Shown here: piece by piece, positions 38,633-49,221 of the stretch | Position numbering within the stretch: the first letter of the stretch is position 1 | Layout: the number at the start of each line of letters is the position of its first letter | Source: Cetorhinus maximus | Taxonomy: Eukaryota | Direction: 5' to 3' | DNA length: 64,000 bases | Assembly (NCBI RefSeq): GCF_964194155.1 | Contig: NC_135879.1 | Location: forward strand, 84,444,001 to 84,508,000 | The notes under the pieces: model-generated | Told to the model about the DNA's origin: nothing | Database searches by the model: none | Seen by the model: only the letters and a program-made list of their open reading frames with translations | Position numbers and translations under genes: made by a program

Positions 38633-39449
38633 ACAACTCAAATGAGATCCTTGCATATGTCAATGCACAGGAATGAACTTTGCTGATACATTGTCCAGAA
38701 AATAACAAATGAAAACAAAAGGCCATTTGGGTCATTAAACCTGCCCTTTACCCAAACCATATACCATTTGCTCTGTCATAGACCACTCAGCCCATTCCAT
38801 ATCTTGAAGGAAATAAATTTTGGTGACTGTCCATCCGCCCTCCACCCCTGTCCTGCCAAATCTTGAAGGTAATTTTGTGATACAGAGCAGGATTTCTGAC
38901 TACCTTTTACCTGTGTCTCACTCTGCAGACCTGTTTCTCCATTTGTCTCTGGGCCACTTTGCTGCAGGATTTGTCAGTGGTCTTCATGGCTTCTCTTGGT
39001 ATATAGTGAGAGGAAAGTTGCAGGATACTGACAGGAAGAAATCTCCCAGTTGCTGAAAAGCACGTGAAAAATTATAGATTTTAAATCATAAAGCTTATCA
39101 TTTTAGCATTTGTTCGATGAGAATTTTTTCCTTATGTGGAGAGTTGACTAGCAGTTGACAACTGCTTATGGTAGCAACTTAGTAATCAGGCTTTCACTAG
39201 TCACAACCCTTCAGGCAGTGTTGTGTCTATCTGCTTTCTGTCGCCAAGACATTTTACTGTTCTATTGTTTCACACAGGAATGTTATTCAGTTTTTTTTTT
39301 AAATGTGCTCCATAAAGAATAAAAAGATTCATAGAAAGTTCCCAAAAAATAATTGTGTTGTAACTGAGGGCAGAACACTTGACCACTTTTAGAATTCTTT
39401 GCTTTTTTTTCTAAGTTTGCTCATTAAGGTGAGGGATGTCAGTGCCTAA

Positions 39450-39675
39450 GGATAGATTTGATGAATTTGCATTCCCAGTATAAAGCTTCACATGCCGAGA
39501 GTGCGTATTGGGAATTCAGCGCACGGATATTGCAGGCTCCGCAAGATTTTCCAACTATTTAAATTAATGGGCTGAAAATCCTGCAGGGCCCATTGACTTC
39601 CACAGCTAAATTCCCAATGCAGAGTCCCTGCTTGTGAAGCTCCATGCTGGGAGAATGAATTCATAAAATCTACAC
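39450..39675. mobile_element. ~225 bp whole-length imperfect palindrome (old MITE)
   Basis: tagatttgatgaatt..cccagtataaagcttcaca..attgggaatt..gcaagattttc pairs with gaaaatcctgc..aattcccaat..tgtgaagctccatgctggg..aattcataaaatcta. Confidence 0.8.
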
Positions 39676-40627
39676 TCCAAACTCCATGTCAGGAAATCCC
39701 AGCTCAGTTGTAGCATAGGACAGGTAAGGTATAAAGGTCTGCTGTGTCCCAACATTGGGAAATAGCTGCATAAAATTGTACCAGTACGAACTGCTTTCCA
39801 TTTCCCATGCTAGCATATCTTTAAACCCTTTCTGAGTGAGATTGCAAATATAGAGTTAGTATATGCCAATTTGCTGGTACTTTGGTGTTGCAAGCACATT
39901 GTTAACAATTAGGGGTTAAAGGTTAACCTGGGTCCAATCAGCAGAAAGGAGGTCAGAGCCGCCAGAAAATGGCTTACCGTCTTCTTTATACTGCCTTCCC
40001 CCAACTTCTGACCACCCCTTCAAACAGGACTACTGCAGGATAGGCCAAGGCACCCGCCTGTTTCAGGCAGTGGACCTGTTAATAGCAAAATCAAGGTCTT
40101 ATGATAAATGTGCCATTTTAGGACAGACCTGAGCTGAGTGAGCACCATCCACACTTGCCCGCATTTAGCTTGTCACTGAGCTGAAGAGGAGACCAAAGAT
40201 AATGCACCTCTGCCCTACACACAAATAACCTGGGCTGTCGCCTCACCAGGTCTGCTTCCTCCCACAAACAGTCCCCCTGCTGACCTACTTTGGTCACATC
40301 CTGCAATGCAGTTGCTTACTTTGTTGATAATGCTTGTTTCAACAGCATCACCCTCCGCTTGCATCCATCTCAAATACAAATATAACTTACTTAAACTATC
40401 TCACATGGTGGGCATTGGTGATGGTTTTTCAGAGCTCCGGCTTCAACAATTTCCAAGTCAGTGACAGATATAGCGGCAGGAGTCACTGGCATTATTTTTC
40501 AATCTAAAATGTACCTACTAAATTTGAGGGCATTCAAAAAAATAGATATATTTTTAAGCTTTAATCAGTACTTACTTCTGAGCCCCACAATTTGAATAGA
40601 AAACAAGGCAATTTTGAACAAGGTATT

Positions 40628-41800
40628 AGAGCTGAATTTTTACTTAGCTGAAGTGCTGGGAGCTGGCGCTGAGTGGGTGGTGAAGTGGGCATGGGGGAGG
40701 GGAGGTCTTGTCACTAAGGAAGACTAAGGGAACGCAGAAGTCTGGATTCCTTTCTGTGCGTATGATGTCACTGATCGGTTCCTTTCCCAGAGACCAAGTC
40801 TAATTGCCAAGTGGCCTGCCTCCAAGTGGTGAGCCGGGGGTTGGACAGGGAGGGGGCCATCTCAGTAGTGCCAAGGTGATCTCAGAGGATATTTGTCACC
40901 TGGTGGGGGAGAGAGAGAGGTGTTAATTTAGGGCGATTGTTGGGCAGGTGGGGGGGGGTTTCAATCGAGGAAGGAGGAGTGTTGATCAGGTGGGCTGCCA
41001 ATCCCTCGGGGAAGGTGGAGGGAATTGAAGGCCCTGTGGTTCTGTGGGGGAGGGTAAAATTGAAGTCCTAGGGATAGAGGTGATTGTAGGTTTGGGGATG
41101 AGGGTTGAAGGCAGGGTATCATGTGTAAATTCCAGCAGGTGACCTTCCCGCTACCTAGCCGCCTGTCCCATACTGTCTCGAATTTCTGGGGGGTGCGAGA
41201 GAGGCATCAGGCAGCCTGCCTTCCCTTGGGCCTATTAATGTCCCCAAATGGCCAAATGGCTTCATTCTGCTCCCAGCAGCACTTTACCCGCGCATGGGAA
41301 GGCGCATGCTATATGAGAAGCCCAGCAGCTTTAGTTAGGCCGGTTGGAGTTAGGCAAGGCAAGGGGTAGGGAGATTGTCCTTTATTGGTCCCCTGGGCAT
41401 TTCAGAGGTACACCATCCTTCCCTGCACCCCCCACCCCCCTTTAATCCTCTACCCCGGCCCTCATCCCCTTCACCATGAACCCCAACCCCACACTTAACT
41501 GGGCTCCTCGGCATGGTGGGACTGCCTGGTATCCTGGCAGTAGCCACCATTCCCGACTGGTGCCTTTGGGACTACAGATCTGCCCACCATCTGATTGGCC
41601 AGCAGCTCTCTAAGGTGGGAGAAAGGGGCAGAGAAAGGGGCAGATGTCTCATTTTAAAGCAAGTAACGCAGTTCCCAGTGTTAAATTGCTGCAGGGCACC
41701 CATTGGGATCGTGAGCCAGCTCCCCCTGACTTTTTAGCTGTGGGGGTTTGATGGGGGTGGTGGGGGCAAGAATCATGCCACCCCATACAGTTCCCCCTGT
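40628..41800. mobile_element. GC-rich non-autonomous DNA-transposon remnants
   Basis: gagctgaattttt terminus; ctgattggccagcagctct motif shared with 2290-2310 (reverse) and 48390-48410. Confidence 0.45.
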
Positions 41801-42188
41801 TTATTCAGTAATTTGGTCGAAGATTGGATCCAATAGGATGTGGTTATATATCCTCTATACTCCTGTAATAATATGTACAACTTTTAATAGCTTTTAGGAT
41901 GTATTCAAAATCTACATGGTATAGTGTAGCAAATTATTTGAAGGGAAATTTTCTTTGAGACCTGATTATCTCTAGAGAGGGAGGAAACTAGAAGAGCCAT
42001 GTGCTATTTTCATCACGATGATGTCAAAGACATGTGATGTGATGATATGTTTAATATGATTTACATCATTGTGGTATTTGTTTGAAAACAAGCTGAAAAG
42101 GAGTGTTGAACATTTTTTCATGAAGATTTTGCTACTCTTCCAATTGCTCTTGCCCATAACATACAGTCTCACCTTTCAAAATTGACAT

Positions 42189-42364
42189 TATGGGAGTGAA
42201 GTTGGTCAATACCCATTGCACCAAATGGGCTGACAGTGAATTGACATCCAATTTCACACTGTGCCCGACTTACTTTCCAAAGCAAAATGGGAGCAACATA
42301 AATCAAACTGCTGATTCTCCGTCAGCTCGTTGTGCGACTGCTGTTGAACAATTTTGTCTCCCAT
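42189..42364. mobile_element. Short old MITE
   Basis: Inverted ends atgggagtgaagttggtcaa / ttgaacaattttgtctcccat. Confidence 0.5.
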
Positions 42365-42647
42365 GTCTAAAAATCAGGCTTGTCACTTTACATGTTTTTT
42401 AAGGGAATTGCATTATGTTCGCGGATTGCATGTGCCTATGTTTAAGGAAGGGAGTGACACTGATCAGGCAACAGGAGCTTCTCAGGCATGAAGCCCAGAA
42501 AATCATATCACAGGGATAACACCTATTATTACAAATACATCAGCATGTGGGGTGGGAGCTGCACAGCAATTATCACCTTGTTAAAAGGGTACCTACACTA
42601 CTAATTACTAGCCTTTAATATCAGCGGTAGTTGTGGTTTGTATTTAT

Positions 42648-45600
42648 TGTCTACATCTGAACCAGAGCGGGACTAACATCCTTGCGGGCGGGTTTGCAAG
42701 TGCTGTTGGGAGGAGTTTAAACTAATTCGGCAGGGGGAGGGGACACAGAATATTAGCAGAATAGGGACACATTAAAACAATCAAGTCAGATGGAGTGCAG
42801 CTGCATTAAGCTTCAAGGGAGTAAGGCAAGGCTGGATGGTCCCTACTTTAATGCCAGGGGTATTACAGGTAAAACGGATGAGTTAAGGGTGAGGATTGAC
42901 ACATGGAATTGTGATATAGTAGCCATCACTGAGATGTGGTTGAGGGAAGGGCAGGATTGGCAGCTCAGCATTCCGGGATATAGAATCTTCAGGCGAGACA
43001 GGGGAGGGGATAAAAGAGGAGAAGGCGTTGCATTATTAGTTAAGGAGTCAGTTACTGCAGTAAGGAGAGATGATATCTTGGAGGAGCCATCACATGAAGC
43101 TTTGTGGGTAGAGCTTAGGAATAAAAAAGAGGCAGCCACATTGTTAAGTGTCTATTATAGACCCTCAGATAGTCAGCAGGAAATTGAGGAGCAAATATGT
43201 GCACAATTTGTGGAGGTCTGTAAAAACAATAATAGGGTAATTATATTAAGTGATTTCGACTTTCTCAACATTAATTGGGATAGACATAGTATTAAGGGCT
43301 TGGATGGAGTGGATTTCTTGAAATGTGTACAGGAGAACTTTTTAGGTCAATATGTAGAGGGTCCAACAAGGGACGGCACAGTGCTGGACCTAATTCTGGG
43401 GAATGAAGCCGGACAGGTGGCTGAGGTGGTGGTGGGGAAGCATTTTAGTGATAGCGACCACAACATGGTACAGTTTAAAACAAAAACAAAAATACCTGGA
43501 AAAACTCAGCAGGTCTGACAGCATCTGCGGAGAGGAACACAGTTAACGTTTTGAGTCCGTATGACTCTTCAACAGAACTAAGGAAAAATAGTAAAGAGGT
43601 GAAATAGTACAATTTAAGTTTGTTATGGACAAAGAATCAACAAGTTGCAAAAAAATGTATTGGATTTGGGGAGAGTGGATTTTAGTAAAATAAGGCAGGA
43701 TCTGGCCAAGGTAGACTGGGAACAGTTACTTGTGGGGAAATCTACAGAGGAACAGTGGGGGGTGTTCAAAAAGGAGGTAGGGTGTTCAAAAAGGGGAGGG
43801 TACAGGCTCAACATGTTCCCTCTAAGGTGATAGGAAGGAGTAACAAGCCCAGAGAATCATGGTTGACCAGAGATATTCAGGTTACAATGAAAAGGAAAAG
43901 AGAGGCTTTTAGAAGGTACAAAGGAAGAAAATCAGCAGAGGCATTAGTGGAGTACAGAAAGTGCAGGGTGGAGCTTAAGAAAGTAATTAGGAGAGCAAAG
44001 AGGGGATATGAGAAAGCTCTGGCTGGTAAAAGTAGGGAAAATCCCAAGGTATTCTATAAGTATATCAATGGGACGAGGATAACCAGGGAAAGAGTAGGGC
44101 CCTTAAGGGACCAAGGGGGAAATCTGTGGGTGGAGCCAGAGGATATTGCTAGAGTGTTGAATGAATACTTCACATCCGTCTTCACCCAAGAGAATGAGGA
44201 TTAACGTATCGAACTCGGGGAGAGAGACTGCGAGGTTCTTAAGCAAATTGATATAGGGAGTGACAAGGTATTGGAGAGACTGCTGAAGGAGGCAAGGGAG
44301 GAGATCGCAGGGGCTCTGACCCAAATTTTTAATTTCTCTCTGGCCACGGGGGAGGTGCCAGAGGACTGGAGAACAGCTAATGTGGTTCTGCTATTTAAGA
44401 AGGGTTGTAGTGAGAAGCCAGGGAACTACAGGCCAGTGAGTCTGATGTCAGTGGTAGGGAAACTATTGGAGAAAATTCTGAAGGAGAGTATCTATCTCCA
44501 CTTGGAGAGGCAAGGTATGATCAGGGATAGTCAGCATGGCTTTGTCAGAGGGAGGTCATGCCTAACAAATTTGATTGAATTTTTTGAGGAGGTGACCAAG
44601 TATATAGATGAGGGTAGTGTAGTTGATGTAGTTTATATGGATTTCAGCAAAGCCTTTGACAAGGTCCCACATGGGAGACTTATAAGGAAGGCAAATGCAC
44701 ATGGGATACAGGGTAATTTGATAAGGTGGATTCAAAATTGGCTTAGTTCTAGGAGACAGAGGGTGATGACAGAAGCCAGTGTCCAGTGGTGTACCACAGG
44801 GATCTGTGCTCAGTCCCCTATTATTTGTCATTTATATAAACAACATAGATGACTATGTGGGGAGTGGGATTAGTAAGTTTGCAGAAGACACAAAGATTGG
44901 CCGGGTGGTTAACAGTGAGGTTGAGTGTCTTGGGCTGCAGGAAGATATAGGCGGGATGGTCAAATGGGCAGATAAGTGGCAGATGGAATTTAACCCTGAA
45001 AAGTGTGAGATGATACACTTTGGAAGGAGTAATTTGACAAGGAAGTATTCAATGAATGGCATGACACTAGGAAGTTCTGAGGAACAAAGGGACCTTGGCG
45101 TGTGTGTCCATAGATCGCTGAAGGCAGAGGGGCATGTTAGTGGGGTGGTGAAAAAGGCATATGGGACACTTGCCTTTATCAATTGAGGCATAGATTACAA
45201 AAGTAGGGAGGTCATGTTGGAGTTGTACAGAACCTTAGTGAGGCCACAGCTGGAGTACTGTGTGCAGTTCTGGTTGCCACATTATAGGAAGGATGTGATT
45301 GCACTGGAGGGGGTGCAGAGGAGATTCACCAGGATGCTGCCTGGGATGAAACATTTAAGTTATGAAGAGAGATTGGATAGACATGGGTTGTTTTCGTTGG
45401 AGCAGAGAAGACTGAGGGGCGACCTGATCGAGGTGTACAAGATTATGAGGGGCATGTACAGGGTGGATAGGGAACAGCTGTTCCCCTTAGTTGAAGGGTC
45501 AGTCACAAGGGGACATGAGTTCAAGGTGAGGGGCAGGAGGTTTAGGGGGGATGTGAGGAAAAGCTTTTTTACCCAGAGGGTGGTGACGGTCTGGAATGCA

Positions 45601-45798
45601 CTGCTTGGGAGGGTGGTGGAGGCAGGTTGCCTCACATCCTTTAAAAAGTACCTGGATGAGCACTTGGCACGTCATAACATTCAAGACTATGGGCCAAGTG
45701 CTGGTAAATGGGATTAGGTAGGTAGGTCAGGTGCTTCTCACGTGTCGGTGCAGACTCGATGGGCCGAAGGGCCTCTTCTGCACTGTGTGACTCTGATT
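42648..45798 (+). mobile_element. CR1 LINE: end of ORF1 plus essentially complete ORF2, few disruptions
   Basis: HLNQSGTNILAGGF (ORF1 end); 42790-43518 APE (AITEMWL, YYRP, SDH); 44271-44852 RT ([13 protein letters not shown]); 45214-45717 C-terminus; 3'UTR gatgggccgaagggcc. Confidence 0.95.
43479..43606 (-). mobile_element. 128-bp Penelope-like terminal repeat inserted in the CR1
   Basis: Homologous to 24630-24755; TSD GTACARTTTAA at 43468-43478 and 43607-43617; hammerhead-like motif at 43541-43579. Confidence 0.85.
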
Positions 45799-46212
45799 TT
45801 GCAAATCCAGCAACTTCATGACATTTAACGCATGTAATAGTGTGGCAGACAATAAAATGTTTTTCTGAAACTAACGCTAAGCAGCAACATAACTCAAACA
45901 GCAACTTTTGGATATTGGTTTTAACTGCGTTTTTACCCTTCGCTTGAAGTTGCTATGTGATTTACATGTAAATAATGGCGAGTACCATTAGCCTCACCAT
46001 TATTCTGACAAGAAAATTTGGATTAATATATTACAGAGGCGATTACTTTTGAAGGATGCGTAATGTTATCACATTTTTTGTAGATGTATTTTGTGGAGAA
46101 TTTGAACTTTGGAGTAATTTCCAAACATTCTTGGCCATGTGATCACAAATTAATTATGATTTTTTTTGTTACAAGCTAGAGATTGAAATAAAGGGAATGT
46201 TTTAAAATTCAA

Positions 46213-46900
46213 TTGTGACCTCCCAGGTTCTGGCTTGGCTTGAGAAATTTTTGTTTGCCTACCTTTGCTGATGGGACACACTCTCTCATATGCCTTCAAC
46301 AAAGATCCATCTCCAGGATTTCGACCTCTGCTACTGATGTTCCTCTCCCCGGATCGCCACGTGCATTTCAAGCTTCATCTTCTGCGCACTCTCTCAGATA
46401 CTTAGCCGTGCCAACAGAACACCATTGCTTCACAGACCCATAGTAAGGAGTTACCAACTTTGGCTGTCTCCTCAGATCTTCTGTCTTCTTGCAAGCCCAC
46501 TTTGTTGCAAGTCTGCTGCCTGCAGCTCTATCTTTTAATTTGGAGCCTTTTCCTGTGCTCCTCACTCTTAACTTCACTTAACAGGACATTTTTCAGATTC
46601 CCGTTCTTTTCCTTTGACTAGAAAGTCTTCCTGGAACCCCCTTTCTGTCCCACTCCCTGGTTTTGGGACCTTCTTTGTTCTGAGGCTTTTCTGTCTTCAC
46701 CCTGGGGCATTCACAAACCAGCTAAACTAAAACTGCTTTCTGTTTCTCCCTGTCTCTCTCTCTGGGTCTCTCTCTCTGGACCCCTGTTGCTGGGCAATAG
46801 CAGTTCTTTTCTACCTTGTTTGTTTTAACGTCCCTAAACTAATAACCCCCTTGGTAACAGGGCTCTTCACTTCGAGCGTCGTAAAACCTCATTAAAAATG
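46213..46900. mobile_element. LTR-like fragment homologous to the 33207-36425 element
   Basis: ccattgcttcacagacccatagtaaggagtta...ctcactcttaacttcacttaacaggac aligns with 33846-33950 and 35920-35960. Confidence 0.65.
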
Positions 46901-47262
46901 CAGGCCATCGCGGCGGACCTTGACTGCGTTCAACAGGCACTCCAGTGAAGCTTCACTGAATTTGGGTGAGCTTGCTTTCTGCCTTTGGGAGTCGTGTCTT
47001 CACTGGAGCTGCTGCTGAGAGTGTGAATGCTGTGCAGGGGCGCTGTTTAAATATGGCGTCCAGAGTTAGGGAGCACTAAGGTCACGGCGGGACGGGCGAA
47101 TCAGATGCTGCCTACCAGCAGAATGGCGTGTTCCTTGTGGATGAATAATTAGTCAACTGCGATGCGGACAATTGACTGCAAAAAGCCACCAATGCGGCCG
47201 ATGGGAACGCCTTTTTCCCCGCCCAATAACGGAGTTTGCATATTTCAGGGAAAATCCCCGCC
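46901..47262 (-). mobile_element. Harbinger terminus with start of Myb/SANT-like gene (46901-46993)
   Basis: Minus strand reads DSQRQKASSPKFSEASLECLLNAVKVRRDGL; terminus ggaaaatccccgcc. Confidence 0.7.
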
Positions 47263-47454
47263 AGAGTGTTTCAGATCAGCAATTTTGATCAATCTGCTCA
47301 GCAATTTTGATCAATTTGCTATACATGAACAGAGGCTCTATCTTCTCTCTCAAGATAGATGCAAAAGATTCCATGGCACTAATTTGAAGACAATCGGGGG
47401 ATTCTCCCCGGTGTCTTGGTCAATTATTATCCCTCAACCATCACCTAAACAGAT

Positions 47455-47586
47455 TCAAAAGCAAAATACTGCAGCTACTGGAAATCTGAAATAAAAACAG
47501 TAAATTCTGGAAATACTTAATAATTCAGACAGCATCTGTCAAGAGAAAAGGGGAATTATTGTTTAAGGTCTATAGCCTTTCATCAG
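47455..47586 (-). mobile_element. Penelope-like terminal repeat
   Basis: aaaagcaaaatactgcag..ggaaatctgaaataaaaacag; TSD AACAGAT at 47448-47454 and 47587-47593; minus strand has CTGATGAAAGGCTATAGACCT. Confidence 0.75.
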
Positions 47587-47630
47587 AACAGATCATTTGT
47601 CATTATCTCATTGCCATTTATAAAACGTTG

Positions 47631-48566
47631 GGTGGGATTTACCTAGATGCCTGGGAATGGTTTAGGAGACCGGGGCGGGGTTGCGGCTGTAGAATCTGGA
47701 GGGAAGGCAGGATGTGGAGTACCCATTGCTCCACCAATTAAGTTGGGACAGGGAAGGTTGAGGGCAGCCTCCCACCCTGAGACTAAGTTGTTTTTTTTAT
47801 GTTTGTTCATGGGGTGTGGGCATCACTGGCATTTATTGCCCACCCCTAACTGCCCTTGTTCAGAGGGCATTTAAGAGTCAACCACATTGCTGTGGGTCTG
47901 GAGTCACAGGTAAGGATGGCAGATTTCCTTCCCTAAGGGACATTAGTGAACCAGATGGGTTTTAATGACAATCAGCATCATCAGACTTTTAATTGCAGAT
48001 TTTCTGTGGTGGGATTCGAACCCAGGTCCACACAGCATTTTTCTGGGTCTCTGGAATACTAGTCAGTGACAATACTACTCTGCCACTGCCTCCCCGTGAG
48101 GCTGTTAAGAGGCCAGTAGAAGCTGGCGGCCTCCCTGCGGGCTCAAGCAGGGGCGAGGGGATTCCTGATTGGGCACCCTGTGGCCCAAAATGGCCCTTGC
48201 GACAGCAAAAGCCACGCCTGCTGAAAGACCCACCTCTTGATGAGGCCTGTCTGATTGTTCCCAGCAAACCCCGCATACTCACCTTAATTCCAGGGGCGGC
48301 CTCAATGGTGGCTGTCCAGAATCTGCTGCAATACCAGCAGCGGCCGTCCTTCCTAGAGCCACTGATTGAACTGAGGAGCTACTGGCCCTCTGATTGACTG
48401 GCAGCTCTTGGAGTCGGGACCTCCACCATTAATTGTACAGAAACCCCAATGGCAGACAGTCAACTGCTTGATTGCCGTTCAATTCCAATGAGGTTTCTCA
48501 GAATGGCCACAGTGGGGTTGTCCCCGGCTTTCTGGTGTCAGCACCACAGCTGTTAAAATTCAGCCC
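47631..48566. mobile_element. Harbinger-type MITE containing a SINE
   Basis: Termini GGTGGGATTT / AAAATTCAGCCC with TTG and CTG flanks. Confidence 0.6.
47787..48094 (-). mobile_element. Full-length tRNA-derived SINE with LINE-derived tail
   Basis: B box GGGTTCGAATCCC (48011-48023, minus); head GGGAGGCAGTGGC; tail agggcagttaggggtgggcaataaatgc shared with the second LINE family. Confidence 0.85.
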
Positions 48567-49221
48567 CTGTGTGCAAATTGGTTGTTTCCTACATTACAAC
48601 AGTAAATATGTTTTACAATCAATTGAGTACTTCTGTTTTTAAAGTGCTTTGGCACATTGTGAGCTTGTGAAAGGCACTGTACAAATGTAAGTCTTTCTAT
48701 TCTGGTGCTGCAATTTATGAGTGTCTTCTGACAGCTCAGTTGAAAAATGCACTAGTCAATGTAGAAATGAGTACTTTAGGTCAGGAAAGTCCCAGACTTA
48801 ATACCTGGCCAATTCTCCACCGAGTTAATTGACCTCCTGTGATCCAACATTACCTCAGTTTGTTTAGGCAAACTTATTTGGCCCCAGTGCTCCTGAAGAG
48901 TGGGAATATCAGCCAGGGTTGCACTCCAGTGACCTCTACCGTATGGATGTTTGATAGTAAAGTTACCAAAGTTGACTATGACATCTACAGTCAGGTAGTC
49001 TGCTAACACTGGTTTAGTTGGAGAGAAATCCAACTCTCAGCCACCAAATTTCACGTTGTGATCTGTCGTGCCAGAATTGTGCCTGATTCTATCTTGACTT
49101 GGATAACTTTGGTCATCCAGGTTCCTGCCTGAAAGCTGGGACAAATTAATAATTACCTTGTAAATTGAGTCACTTCTTTTCTTCTGCTGTAACTGGACTC
49201 TTTACATATGGTGGAGATAAT

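Larger units (their letters stand above)
47325..48700 (+). mobile_element. Deu-domain SINE split into three pieces (~47325-47454, 47587-47630, 48567-48700)
   Basis: Pieces concatenate to the same sequence as 28278-28550. Confidence 0.7.

Noticed and set aside
47276-47319. 2 x 22 bp tandem duplication (also 2 x 16 bp at ~6213 and ~2 x 20 bp at ~43760)
   Set aside because: Ordinary local slippage duplications.
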